Assembly (NCBI GenBank): GCA_964555065.1
Contig: CAZKRB010000001.1
Location: 43,413 to 107,412 of the forward strand
DNA: 64,000 nucleotides
Source: an uncultured Syntrophus sp.
GTDB taxonomy: Bacteria; Desulfobacterota; Syntrophia; Syntrophales; Syntrophaceae
Direction: 5' to 3'
In this document: positions 10,901-20,217 of the stretch, in pieces
Layout: the number at the start of each line of letters is the position of its first letter
Position numbering within the stretch: the stretch's first letter is position 1
Translations under genes and position numbers: made by a program
The notes under the pieces: generated by a model
Seen by the model: only the letters and a program-made list of their open reading frames with translations
Told to the model about the DNA's origin: nothing
The model's database searches: none

Positions 10901-11044
10901 TTCGACCTGGATGTTGGTTACATCCGGAAAGGCGTCAATTGGAAGCTTCAGATAGGAATAGGCCCCGAAAACGACCAGCAGAAGGGAGAAGAAGATGACC
11001 ACTCCTTTCTGCTTCAGCGAATAGGTCATGATTTTCTCTAACAT
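7940..11044 (-). CDS. czcA: CzcA/CusA heavy-metal efflux RND permease
   Basis: LPIDAFPDVTNIQV, VDIYFARQLV, RLRPVLMTA, GSEVQRPLATVVVGG; 1034 aa. Confidence 0.95.
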   Translation of the reverse strand: MLEKIMTYSLKQKGVVIFFSLLLVVFGAYSYLKLPIDAFPDVTNIQVEVISHADGLSAIEIERNVTYPIEMAMRGLPDIEQMRSVTKFGLSIVTLVFKDKVDIYFARQLVFERLAEAKEQVPQGVEVTMGPIGTAMGEIYQYTLEGKMPQDPQQKTAYLTNLRTLQEWIITPQLKSVAGVNEINSFGGYFKQYQVIVSPEKLLQHALTVDDVYSAIGSNNENVGGNILEQGTDQYIVRGVGLIRDISDIENIVLKSADGTPTYVRDVAQVRVGEAVRMGAAMKNGKDEAVGGIVMMLRGENSREVVNRVKEKVNEINNKNMLPDGIKIVPYYDRSGIVSASVDTVNKSLIEGSILVLIVLYLLLNSIRGSLVVLLALPLSLLGTFIIMKVSGISANLMSLGGLAISIGMIIDTTIIQVENVQRHLSEEGRNHSPTFTVLKAVMEVRKPSVFGELIIAITFIPILSLEGIEGKMFGPLAITVAIALLASLLLSIFVIPVLCALFLKPHPEKESAIMRKAKEIYLPLLEYAINRKKVILSIAGGFLILSLLLVTKLGTEFIPTMDEGSFDMDVAMLPGVSLTKAMEVNQLAAMKLKKFDELDVVVSRTGQTGVALDTRGTDKTGYVGIFKPKNQWKRDISKEDLINEMRKSLESVAGISFGFSQPIQCRIDELVAGTRAQLIVKLFGEDIDVLSEKSAEIAKVLSTVRGGTDLNAEKVSGQPYLTVNIDRSKIARYGLNISDVQKVIEIAVAGKSASKFYEQNRNFDITVRLPEEKRNSLEAIKNLLITTKTGINVPLEQLAEVKMIEGPVQISRQDGIRRIGIEVNVTGRDIGSFVAEAKQKIQSKIKLPPGYYLTWGGQFENQQRAMNKLMIIGPVAIGLILLLLYATFRSIRLALLVISNLPFALIGGVFALFLSGQYLSVPASVGFVVLFGVAVLNGLVLVSRISQLREDGLALDEAIRRGCTDRLRPVLMTASIAIFSLIPMLFAGGTGSEVQRPLATVVVGGLITSTMLTLLIIPSVYSWLEKRREEAEM

Positions 11045-12255
11045 CAGTGTTCATCACCCTCCAATTCGCCTTTTTTCACTTCCGACTTCAGGATGAACCC
11101 GCCCTTGACGGCATAGCGCTCTCCTTCCCTGAGGCCGTCCGTCACTGCCACCATGCCGCCGTGAGCCCGGCCTAACGTTACCGGACGCTGCATGAATTCC
11201 GTGCCGTTTTCCGTAATAAACAGCACCTTCTCTCCGCCGAGCTCTTGCACGGCCTCTTCGGGCACAGCCAGGACTGGAGGCGCATCGTCCGCCAGTGCCA
11301 GTTCAATCGCGGCGAACATTTCCGGCTTCAGCTTACGTTCAGGATTGGCGACCTCTATCCGCGCCTTGACCGTACGTGAGGCTTCATTCACCAGGTCGGC
11401 GATATAGGTGACCCGCCCCTTCAATTTAAGGTTTGGGAATGCGCCGACGGTGACAATTGCGGTCTGACCCCGATGAACCTTGGCAAGATCCTTTTCGTTG
11501 ATGTCCACCATGACCCAGACTGACGAGAGATCTGCTACGGTATAAAGACTCTTGGAGGGGTCGGCGAGCTCGCCGACGATCGCATGTTTTTCGGTAATGG
11601 TGCCACGGATTGGAGAGCGGACCTGAAGGAAAGGCTTTTTATGCCTTTCCTTTTTGAAATCGGGCAGTGGGAAACCATAAAGCGCCAGGCGTTCTTCATC
11701 GGTGTGCAGCTCTGTTTGAGCGGTTTTGAAGTCGGTTTCCGCCTGGAGGATCTCCTTGCGGGCCGCGATCTTCTTCTCAACCAAGGCCTTGATCCGTTCC
11801 ATATTGGATTGGGCCAGGCCGAGTTTGGTCTTTGACTGATGGTAGCGGTTGAGTGCTTCCCCAAGTTCAACGCTATCCAAGGTAGCCAGAACTTGTCCTG
11901 CGGCAACGCCATCGCCCAGCGATGCCTGAACAGCCACGATCTTGCCGCTGATGCGCGGCGATACATGGGCAATCCGGTCGGCATTGACTTCTATTTTCCC
12001 TGTGGCGCTTATCACTCCGGCCAAGTGCTGTTTTGTAGCGAGGGCAACGATCACGCCATTCTGTTCCTGCATCTCGGCGGTCATCGTGACTTTGCCCTCA
12101 CCATGATCGCCAGCCTTGTCGCCCTCATGGCCGGTCTCCTTCTTTTCCGTCTGCTCGCCGCTCCCACCACTTGTTAACTGGCTGAAACGATAGATAAGGC
12201 CACCTCCTAAAGCGATGACAAGAATAATGCCTATCAGGATTCCTTTCTTGTTCAC
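11044..12255 (-). CDS. czcB: CzcB-type periplasmic adaptor (membrane fusion protein)
   Basis: N-terminal TM, His-containing linker, VSPRISGKI, KLKPEMFA; coupled to czcA. Confidence 0.92.
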   Translation of the reverse strand: MNKKGILIGIILVIALGGGLIYRFSQLTSGGSGEQTEKKETGHEGDKAGDHGEGKVTMTAEMQEQNGVIVALATKQHLAGVISATGKIEVNADRIAHVSPRISGKIVAVQASLGDGVAAGQVLATLDSVELGEALNRYHQSKTKLGLAQSNMERIKALVEKKIAARKEILQAETDFKTAQTELHTDEERLALYGFPLPDFKKERHKKPFLQVRSPIRGTITEKHAIVGELADPSKSLYTVADLSSVWVMVDINEKDLAKVHRGQTAIVTVGAFPNLKLKGRVTYIADLVNEASRTVKARIEVANPERKLKPEMFAAIELALADDAPPVLAVPEEAVQELGGEKVLFITENGTEFMQRPVTLGRAHGGMVAVTDGLREGERYAVKGGFILKSEVKKGELEGDEH

Positions 12256-13553
12256 TCTGCACCTCCGGGAAGTTTTGTTGCTGTTGAAGCCTCAAGCCTT
12301 GTGATGGCCGTTTGACGTTCATAAAGAGCCGTCTGGTAGCTGTCGTTTACCTCAAAGAATTTTTTTTGCTCCTGAATGACGGCGAGAATGCCGACCTCGC
12401 CAAGGCGATAGGCTTCCATGGTCAGGTTCAGGTTTTCCTCAAGCTGGGGAATGATGTCGCCCTTGTAGAGCGCAAGAACACGATCGGCATTCTGAAAGCT
12501 GGCGTAAGCCGTCTCGACTTCCCGTTCGACATTCCTCACGGTTGCCGCCAAGCGGCTTTCGGCGATGTTTCGCTTGGACCTGGCCTCTCCAACCCCGGCC
12601 TGATTTCTGTCAAACAAGGGGATCGGTATCGACAGCTTCACGCCGATGGTGTGAGCGGTGTCCTTGCCTTCTTTGCCGCCGATTTCCATGGATGAAGTGT
12701 CGCGACTAACCGCTAGACCAGCGGTAAGATTGGGAACCCCCTCGGCGTGGGCAAGGGCGATGTCCGCTTCGCCCCGGCTTTTTTCAGCCTCCAGGGCTTT
12801 GAGATCCGGACGTTGTTCGTATGCAAGCTGTTTCAGATCAGCCAGTGTTTTGCTCAGCTGAATTGCGGATTCAAGACTTCCGGAAATCGAAGGATGTTTG
12901 TCAAGCGAGAGTCCCATGAGTGTTTCAAGTTTTACCTGGTTCTGTAGCAGATTTTTTGCCGCATCACTCTTGGCGCCTTCGCTCCGTGCCAGCTCAACCT
13001 TGACAAGATTCATCTCTAATTCAGGAATGTCGCCCGCTGACAAACGCTCCCTGGCTACGTCAAGAAGCTGCCTGTTCAGCTCAATGGAACGCTCGGCCAG
13101 GGCGATCCGCTTTTCCGCCAGGATGACATCATAAAAAGCAGTCCTCACCTCTTCGCGAAGCACCCGTTCTTTGTCGGCCAGCCGCCATCGGTACATTTCC
13201 AGTTCCCCTTCAGCAACGGCCATCCGCTTATCCCTTTTCCCCGAAAGCGAAAACTCCTGCGATATCCTTATCGACAGATTGTTTTCGTCCTTGCTGCCGG
13301 TCAAAGCGCCGGTGCCCCCTTCCAGCTCAAGAGTGGGGTTCGGTAGGAGTCCGGCTCTTGCTTTGCCGGCGTCGTGGATACCTTTTTCTTCACGAAACGA
13401 CTTGAGGTCGCCATTATTCTGTAACGAATATTCGATGACCTCAGGCAGCACGAAGGCCTGCTCTGCCGCCAGCAATGGACTTGACGACAATAAAATACAT
13501 AGGATTCCGGGCACCAGGAGGAACGCTCCTCGTGCAAATTTCGTTGTTCCCAA
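12252..13553 (-). CDS. czcC: CzcC/TolC family outer-membrane factor
   Basis: Signal peptide, LLPNPTL, IPIPLFDRNQ, AYRLGE; 4-bp overlap with czcB. Confidence 0.9.
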   Translation of the reverse strand: MGTTKFARGAFLLVPGILCILLSSSPLLAAEQAFVLPEVIEYSLQNNGDLKSFREEKGIHDAGKARAGLLPNPTLELEGGTGALTGSKDENNLSIRISQEFSLSGKRDKRMAVAEGELEMYRWRLADKERVLREEVRTAFYDVILAEKRIALAERSIELNRQLLDVARERLSAGDIPELEMNLVKVELARSEGAKSDAAKNLLQNQVKLETLMGLSLDKHPSISGSLESAIQLSKTLADLKQLAYEQRPDLKALEAEKSRGEADIALAHAEGVPNLTAGLAVSRDTSSMEIGGKEGKDTAHTIGVKLSIPIPLFDRNQAGVGEARSKRNIAESRLAATVRNVEREVETAYASFQNADRVLALYKGDIIPQLEENLNLTMEAYRLGEVGILAVIQEQKKFFEVNDSYQTALYERQTAITRLEASTATKLPGGAE

Positions 13554-13675
13554 AGGAATAACCTCCCTTGTTCAGTTTTGAATGATGAATTGTAAAACCG
13601 TTGAGATCGCACCATGGCGAGCAGAGAAGGTACATTTATCCCTTAATCAGGACGAACGACTTCCCTCGCGGCGCT

Positions 13676-14023
13676 CTAGGCTAGTGTTCTGGGAGGAATA
13701 AACTTGGGAAAATAAACTTCCGGTAAATGCTTAAAGGGGTCAAACGCATTCAGAGCCAATATGGTGGGACTATAGACGAGTTGGAATGATTGAACCATAA
13801 GGGGAGCATGGCAAGCGCACGTGACGCAATTATTACAGCCATCGTAATCATGATTCTGTTCGAGCGGGGAACAAGGAGCTTGGTGAGGATTGGATATTTC
13901 GGTAAGCGATACTTGATCGCTTGCTCCTGAAAGAGGCATGGCATGCACACCATCGACTGCAATGGTCAGCATAACCACCAAAATAAGCCATGAAATAGGT
14001 TTTAAACAGAGTAAGTTCCTCAT
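13676..14023 (-). CDS. Small exported Cys/His-rich protein (CzcI/DUF2946-like)
   Basis: Signal peptide, HDYDGCNNCVTCACHAP motif, C-terminal FIPPR; first gene upstream of czcC. Confidence 0.7.
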   Translation of the reverse strand: MRNLLCLKPISWLILVVMLTIAVDGVHAMPLSGASDQVSLTEISNPHQAPCSPLEQNHDYDGCNNCVTCACHAPLMVQSFQLVYSPTILALNAFDPFKHLPEVYFPKFIPPRTLA

Positions 14024-14063
14024 GATTAAGAGCGCTATAACAAAAGGCTTTAATCATAGTCAA
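14022..14063 (-). promoter_or_regulatory. Candidate sigma70 promoter with overlapping inverted repeat for the czc operon
   Basis: TTGACT-N18-TATAGC preceded by TG; ATGATTAA (14022-14029) / TTAATCAT (14050-14057) inverted repeat. Confidence 0.35.
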
Positions 14064-14387
14064 GAATGATTTCTTCCCCAGCCTAAGGTGGTTTGAAAAC
14101 AGATCCTGCAAGCCGGCTCCGAGGACCCACTCCCCCTCATCTCATACGAAGCCTCCTGACTCACTTAACAAAAGAAATTTGCTACACAATTGCATTCCCC
14201 ACAAATCTCGCTTTCAATAAATAATCCGCAATCTCTCGGCAAAATTGCAGGTGAGGATAAGTAGATGGAAGTGTTGTCAACAACAATTCATTTTGTTTCT
14301 TTTCTTGAATCAAAAGTACGCACCAACAGGATGAGCCTCATCTTTCATAGGTTCCCGGCGGGGGGCACTCCAGGGTTGCCACCCTGC

Positions 14388-15593
14388 TCATCCCTTATTC
14401 CAACTGGTCGTGGTGGGGCGGATCTCACCGATGCGCCGCAGAAGGGGGGTCATGGTCATGCCCTGGACGAAAATCGAGAAGGCAACGACGGCAAAGGTGA
14501 CCGAGATGATCGTTCCCCGGTTCGGCACCCAGTCCGGCAGTCCCACTGCCAATGCCAACGCCAGGGCGCCGCGAAGACCGCCCCAGAACAGAACGAACTG
14601 ATGCTTGCCCTGCACCCGCAGTCCGGAGCGGCCAAAGAGGGCGCAACAGGGGTAGACGGCGAGCGCTCTTCCCAGCAGTACAAGCAGAATCGCGATGATC
14701 GCCGGCATCAGGACCGTTTTAAAATTCTGGAGGGAGACCTGTACCCCGATGCCAATGAAGATGAAGGAATTGGCGAGAAAACCAAGGTATTCCCAGTACG
14801 CATGAATGGCCTCTCTATTTTTGGCGGAAAGCGCTTGTCTGAGATTGCCGACCAGAAGTCCCGCGGTCAGCGTGGCGAGGACGCCGGAAAAATGAAAGTG
14901 CTCGGCAATGAGGAATGAAGCGTAGGCGGCGACGGTCGTCAAGGTAAATTCAACAAGACGATCCTCCGTTCGCCCGGCAAGGAGTAAAATCGTGCCGGCG
15001 ACCAGCGCGTCACAGAGCATGCCGCCTCCTACGGTCATCACCAGTTTCCCTGCGATGCTGCCGACTGTGGGAGAACCCCCCGCCGCTGCGGCAAGAATGA
15101 CGGCGAAAAAAACAGCGGCCGTACCATCGTTGAGCAGGCTTTCCGCTTCAACCAGCAGCCGGATTCGGCTGTGAACCCCGGCCTCATTGAACGTGGCGAT
15201 GACGGAAACGGGATCGGTAGCCGCGATAAGGGCGCCGAAAAGCAGGGCGCTGATCCAGGGCCAATCGGCAAGAACCCGCATTCCCGATGCGGTTACCGCT
15301 GCGGACAGACATACCCCGACAGTGACCAGAACGAGAATCAGGATGAATTCCTTCCGTAATTTCCCCCAGGAAATCGCAATCGCCGCTTCAAAGACAAGGG
15401 GTGGCAGGAACACATTGAAAATCAGATCCTTGGTGAAAGGAATGGTGGTGTACAGAGGAAAAAATGCCAATAGGATTCCGGCAAACACCAACCCCACACT
15501 GTAAGGAACCCGGAGCCGCCGGGTCAGGATCGCCACCGCACTGGCAACAAGCAGGAGACTCAGGAACCGATCCAATTTAATCAATAATTCCAT
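14388..15593 (-). CDS. Na+/H+ antiporter, CPA1 (NhaP-like)
   Basis: FLPPLVFEAA, ALIAATDPVSV, EAESLLNDG, WGGLRGALALALA. Confidence 0.92.
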   Translation of the reverse strand: MELLIKLDRFLSLLLVASAVAILTRRLRVPYSVGLVFAGILLAFFPLYTTIPFTKDLIFNVFLPPLVFEAAIAISWGKLRKEFILILVLVTVGVCLSAAVTASGMRVLADWPWISALLFGALIAATDPVSVIATFNEAGVHSRIRLLVEAESLLNDGTAAVFFAVILAAAAGGSPTVGSIAGKLVMTVGGGMLCDALVAGTILLLAGRTEDRLVEFTLTTVAAYASFLIAEHFHFSGVLATLTAGLLVGNLRQALSAKNREAIHAYWEYLGFLANSFIFIGIGVQVSLQNFKTVLMPAIIAILLVLLGRALAVYPCCALFGRSGLRVQGKHQFVLFWGGLRGALALALAVGLPDWVPNRGTIISVTFAVVAFSIFVQGMTMTPLLRRIGEIRPTTTSWNKG

Positions 15594-15620
15594 TTTTTCC
15601 TCCCCCGGATTTCTCCTCCT

Positions 15621-16688
15621 CTAACTGATGGGAACGGTGACCGTGGGACCCTGCGGCGACGGCCCGGTCTCCACCAGGCTGAGCAGGATCATCAGAAACG
15701 TAAAGATACTCTTCGATTGCCGATCCCGGTCATCGATCCAGAACCAGAAATTGCGGTTTTGAACGGCGACAAAGCTGTCGGCGGGCTTTTCCCTGCCGCA
15801 GCGCACCCGGATCAGAGGAGGGGTCTGTTCCCTTCCTTCCCCGATTTCGGGCGACGTGGCGTAGGTTCGCCCTTCAGCCGCGTGCTCGGCCGGGACGTCG
15901 ATCTGTGAGCATAATTCGATGATGATGTCCATGATTGAGCGGGTCAGGACGGCGATCTCGCCTTCCCGCGTTGGGGCCGCTCCATAAATGATTTTGAACT
16001 CATCCGCTTCGGGCTTCAGGTTGAGGAGCCGTCGCACTTCCAACCGGTTCTGACCGATTTCCCGGTCGGCTTTCCGGCGAAAAACCATGATGGCCGTATC
16101 CTGCCTGTCCTTCCTTTCAATCCGCGTCCCCACGGCCCCGGATTTCTGGATCTGCTCCAGCCGCCCGATCAGCTCCCTGAACTCCGGATCTTCCCTGCGG
16201 GCAAAGCCGGGCGCCGAGGACTGGTTGTCCATATCGTTAATCGACTTGACGCACAGGTTGAACAGCACCTTGACGGGCCATCCCGCCTGAACCATGGAGA
16301 GAAGCGCGTAGGGGGTAATCGGCGTGAGGAGACTCCGGGTGAACTTCTCCCCGGTGAGGGGGGCATAGGTGATCGTCGGCTTTTCCCCCCAGGTGGAGGT
16401 TCCCCCGATCGCCTGCGTATTGGCGCTGGGCGGGAAGGACCATCCCGCCGCCAGGTTGACCGTGTTCTGGACGCCGACCAGATTGATCACCGAAGTCACA
16501 TCCATGAAAACCGGCGTGTCGGAGTAGCGGATCTTCACGATGTTGAGGAGCATCTGGGTTTTCCAGGATTCGGAAATGGCGACGCTGTAATCGTAGCGGT
16601 CACGGACGATGGCCGGTGCACCGATTCGGGTGCACCCCGCCAGGGGAAAACAAATCAAGACGGCGATCAGGATTCCAATTCTCTTCAT
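15621..16688 (-). CDS. Uncharacterised lipoprotein
   Basis: MKRIGILIAVLICFPLAGC lipobox; LLNIVKIRYSDTPVF; start moved to 16688 after SD gaggt. Confidence 0.8.
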   Translation of the reverse strand: MKRIGILIAVLICFPLAGCTRIGAPAIVRDRYDYSVAISESWKTQMLLNIVKIRYSDTPVFMDVTSVINLVGVQNTVNLAAGWSFPPSANTQAIGGTSTWGEKPTITYAPLTGEKFTRSLLTPITPYALLSMVQAGWPVKVLFNLCVKSINDMDNQSSAPGFARREDPEFRELIGRLEQIQKSGAVGTRIERKDRQDTAIMVFRRKADREIGQNRLEVRRLLNLKPEADEFKIIYGAAPTREGEIAVLTRSIMDIIIELCSQIDVPAEHAAEGRTYATSPEIGEGREQTPPLIRVRCGREKPADSFVAVQNRNFWFWIDDRDRQSKSIFTFLMILLSLVETGPSPQGPTVTVPIS

Positions 16689-16770
16689 CTCGGCACCTCT
16701 TACGGTACGGATGCGGCGTTGCTCCATAACCGGCGAGTTGAGTTCTTTCCTTTCTGTTCCTGCTCTATTC

Positions 16771-17868
16771 TTACGGCTTGGGTTCCGCCTCGCTTTTGAC
16801 TTCCTCTCCTGCCGGTTCCCCTTCAGTCACCCATACTCCCAGGAGCCGATAGCTTACGGAGAGCACCACCGGCCCTATAAAAAGCCCGATGATGCCGAAG
16901 GAGACCAGGCCGCCGATGACGCCGGCAAAAATCAGGAGCAGGGGCAGGTCGGCCCCCTTCTTGATGAGGATCGGGCGCAGGAAATTGTCGAGCGTGCCGA
17001 CGACGATCGTCACCACGAGCAGGAGGATTCCCCAGGTCGTCGAACCGCTCCAGAAGAGCCAGATCACGGAGGGGATGAGGACGAGCCCCGGACCGAGCTG
17101 GGCGATACAGAGCATGAACATCACGGCCGTCAGGATGGCGGCAGCCGGGATGCCGGTCAGGATGAGCCCGATTCCTCCGAGGAGCGACTGGATCAGGGCC
17201 GTACCGACAACCCCGAGCGCAACGCCCCGGACGGTTTTCGCGGCCAGTACGGTGGCTTCCTCTCCGCGCTTTCCTCCCAGCCGGCGCGCGAAACGAAGGA
17301 TGGCCGTCGAGGCTGTCTCGCCGCTGGCGTAGCAGATTGCCGCGATGATGACCGTCAGGAGAAACTGGACCGCAATGAGGCCGACGCTTCCCGCCTGGGA
17401 CAGGAACCATTTCAACAGCTGTCCGGCGTAGGGGGCCAGGCGTGCCGACAGCCCCTCCGGTCCTGTCCGGACATTCTCCCAGGCAGCGGCCAGCTTGGGG
17501 CCCGCATAGGGAATCCCGGTCAACCAGCCGGGAAGGGCCGGCAGCGCCTGCGCCTGGAAGGATTGAACCCAGTCGGCGATCCGGTCCGCGTTCTCGATGA
17601 TGGCGACAATGGCCAGGGAGAAGGGAACAATGAACAAGAGCAGCATGATGATCGTCATGGCGGTGACGGCGAGGCTGCGCTTTCTCCACAGCCAGCCCTC
17701 CACCTTCAGCATGAACGGCCAGGTGGCCACCACGATCATGGCGGCCCAGACGAGGGAGAGAAGAAAGGGCCTCATGATCCAAAAACAGGCGGCAATCAGG
17801 ACGCCGATCCAGAGAATCTGCAGGGTCGTGCGGGTCAGGTCCGGGACGGCCGGTCTATGCATCGTCAT
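16771..17868 (-). CDS. ydiK: AI-2E family transporter (YdiK-like)
   Basis: CFWIMRPF, IVVATWP, DNFLRPILIKKGADLPLLLIFAGVIGG. Confidence 0.88.
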   Translation of the reverse strand: MTMHRPAVPDLTRTTLQILWIGVLIAACFWIMRPFLLSLVWAAMIVVATWPFMLKVEGWLWRKRSLAVTAMTIIMLLLFIVPFSLAIVAIIENADRIADWVQSFQAQALPALPGWLTGIPYAGPKLAAAWENVRTGPEGLSARLAPYAGQLLKWFLSQAGSVGLIAVQFLLTVIIAAICYASGETASTAILRFARRLGGKRGEEATVLAAKTVRGVALGVVGTALIQSLLGGIGLILTGIPAAAILTAVMFMLCIAQLGPGLVLIPSVIWLFWSGSTTWGILLLVVTIVVGTLDNFLRPILIKKGADLPLLLIFAGVIGGLVSFGIIGLFIGPVVLSVSYRLLGVWVTEGEPAGEEVKSEAEPKP

Positions 17869-17916
17869 GGCGCTCCTCTTTTCTTTGCCGGAGTAAAGTT
17901 TTGGGCAAGGGATCTC

Positions 17917-18552
17917 TCAAGGTTCATGACCTTCCCTTTCCCGCTGTGGAGACAGGGGATTTGCCCGTCTTTGACTTTCCATCTCCCGGATCGCTGCTGC
18001 GATCTCGCCGCTCAGGCGGCCCAGAGCCCGGCTGTGCGCTGCCGCCAGTCCGTTATAACCGCCGCCCTGCGTCGGCTCGGTGATCGTCGTGCGGCCTGTG
18101 TGAGACAGACCTTCCTTCCTGGCGTTCACTCTCCACAGGGCGTCCAGCGTTGCCGACTTGCCCGGTTCCGATTCGAAATGAAGAAGGTCGATTCCCACCC
18201 GATAGGACGCTTCCACAGCCGGCGATTGCGGAAACACCGTGAGCTGCTGCGTCCCGAGCAGCGAGGCCAGGTTCTCGGCGATCACTCGCGCAATGGCGCC
18301 TGGAAGCGGTGACGCCCAGCGGTGGAATTCATCAATGGAAACCGAATTCGGACCGGTTTTTAAAACAATCTGCGGCCGGTCGATCACGGCAGGGATGAGG
18401 ACCGGGCCGACGGAAATGGAGGCGTCAGTCATCGTCGCCATGGCCGGCAGCGGCGCCGGGCTCAGCGTATAGAATTGCGACGGCTGAGTGGAGGCGCAGC
18501 CCGCCGGCAAAGCGGCAAGCGCGCAGAGGATAACGCAGGCGATTCTCTTCAT
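17917..18552 (-). CDS. pqiC: PqiC-type lipoprotein (intermembrane transport auxiliary component)
   Basis: Lipobox, FYTL, DRPQIV, HRWASPL; follows pqiB with overlap. Confidence 0.87.
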   Translation of the reverse strand: MKRIACVILCALAALPAGCASTQPSQFYTLSPAPLPAMATMTDASISVGPVLIPAVIDRPQIVLKTGPNSVSIDEFHRWASPLPGAIARVIAENLASLLGTQQLTVFPQSPAVEASYRVGIDLLHFESEPGKSATLDALWRVNARKEGLSHTGRTTITEPTQGGGYNGLAAAHSRALGRLSGEIAAAIREMESQRRANPLSPQREREGHEP

Positions 18553-20216
18553 TTGGGCACCTCCTGAACTTTCCCGCGGATGAGGGCATCGGGGTTGCGT
18601 TCGAGATATTCCGCCAACTCACTGATCGACCGCGCGGCGCGGGCAATCTCCTGAAGAGCGACCCGCAGTTCCTGCTGTGCCGCCGCGTCTTTTCCGACCA
18701 GGGTGCTGTCAGTGCTTGCCAGCACCCGCTCGGCGGCCGAGATGGTCTTCCGGAGTTCCTGGACGGTCGCCATGACCTCCGGGAGCATTTCGCCGTCGAT
18801 GCGGTTCAGCATCCGGTTGGTGTCCTGCATCGTCCGGTTGAGCGTTGCCAGCGTATGCTTCGCATTTTCCCCGATGGCGGCCAGGGGCATTTTATCGATC
18901 TTGGCGATGATGCCGTTCACCTTGGCTTCCAGATCCTGGAGGCTCCCCTGCATCACGGGAAATTCATAGGGGGGGGCTGTCCAGTCCATTTTCACCGCGG
19001 GGGCATTGGGAAAGCGGTCAAGGGCGACATACAGCTGTCCCGTCACCAGATTTCCGCTGCGCAGCTGCGCCCGCAGCCCCCGGTCGACCATCCGCTGGAG
19101 GAAGGCCTGCCGCTCTTTCAGACTCCGGGCGATCTGCTCGGCAGTCGTCGACTTCTTCAGATGCTCCAGGAAACGGGCCGGATAAATTTCGATGTCCACA
19201 CGCGGGCGGACGCCTGCCGTCTTCGGAACGTATTCGAGACCGACCCGGGTGACTTCGCCCACGGGCAACCCGAGATACGTGACGGGCGCCCCGACGGAGA
19301 GGCCGCGCAACGATTCATTGAAATAGAGGACATAGGGCGTAACGATCGTCTCTCGCTCCTTCAGCGCCGCCGTGCGGTTGCCGTAAAGGGGAAAAACCGC
19401 GCCCTCCGGTGCAGCTGCCGCAACAGCTGCCGAAGGAAGGGTTTCGAAGGCAATCCCGCCGATCAGCAGCGACACGACGGACTGGGTCTGTACAGACAAG
19501 CCGTTTGCCCCCAGGGAGACATCGACCCCGCTTGCCTGCCAGAAGCGTGTTTGCGGGGTAACATAGCTGTCGTAGGGTGAATTCACGAAGATTTTGATGT
19601 CAATGGATTTGCCGTCCCTGGAAAGATCGTAGCCGATGACCCGCCCCACATTCAGGCGGCGGTAATAAAGGGGGGAGCCGATTCCTACCGATCCCAGGGT
19701 GTCCGCATGAAGAACAAACTGCCGTCCCGGCTGATCGAGAGTAACCGCCGGCGGAACTTCGAGGCCGATGAATTGCCGGCGGGGCTTGGTGGATTTCCCG
19801 ACCTCCAGCCCGATGTGGTTGCCGGCCAACAGCGTACCGATGCCGGAGACTCCGCTCAGGGTGACGCGCGGCTGTTCCACCCAGAATCTGGCGTCCTCGA
19901 CGATCAGGCCTTTGGCGCTCTTGTTGATCTTTGCCGTCACCACGACCTTTTTGAAGTCAGGGGTGAGTTCCACCGTCTCCACCCGGCCGATGTTGACGTC
20001 CTTGTACTTCACAAAGGTCTTATCCGCTTCGACTCCCTCGGCCGCCTTGAAGACGATGGTGATCGTCGGGCCTTGACTGAGGATCTGCTGGATGGCGATC
20101 CCGAGGCCGACGAGCGCCGCGACGATAGGAATGATCCAGACCGCCGAGAACCGCATTTTCTTCTTCGGCTTGGCGGTGGCCAGCGGGATGTTGTTGAGAT
20201 CGCCGGAGTCAGTCAT
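18549..20216 (-). CDS. pqiB: PqiB MCE-domain intermembrane transport protein
   Basis: SAVWIIPIVA, GPTITIVF, TRFWQASG, GLRAQLRSGNLVTGQLYVALD. Confidence 0.92.
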   Translation of the reverse strand: MTDSGDLNNIPLATAKPKKKMRFSAVWIIPIVAALVGLGIAIQQILSQGPTITIVFKAAEGVEADKTFVKYKDVNIGRVETVELTPDFKKVVVTAKINKSAKGLIVEDARFWVEQPRVTLSGVSGIGTLLAGNHIGLEVGKSTKPRRQFIGLEVPPAVTLDQPGRQFVLHADTLGSVGIGSPLYYRRLNVGRVIGYDLSRDGKSIDIKIFVNSPYDSYVTPQTRFWQASGVDVSLGANGLSVQTQSVVSLLIGGIAFETLPSAAVAAAAPEGAVFPLYGNRTAALKERETIVTPYVLYFNESLRGLSVGAPVTYLGLPVGEVTRVGLEYVPKTAGVRPRVDIEIYPARFLEHLKKSTTAEQIARSLKERQAFLQRMVDRGLRAQLRSGNLVTGQLYVALDRFPNAPAVKMDWTAPPYEFPVMQGSLQDLEAKVNGIIAKIDKMPLAAIGENAKHTLATLNRTMQDTNRMLNRIDGEMLPEVMATVQELRKTISAAERVLASTDSTLVGKDAAAQQELRVALQEIARAARSISELAEYLERNPDALIRGKVQEVPK

Positions 20217-20217
20217 T

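Noticed and set aside
14060-14340. Possible IS end or att site at the czc/island boundary
   Set aside because: No matching inverted or direct repeat at the other boundary and no transposase or integrase fragment recognised
14265-14918. 217-aa plus-strand ORF
   Set aside because: Mostly antisense to the Na+/H+ antiporter; no coding features
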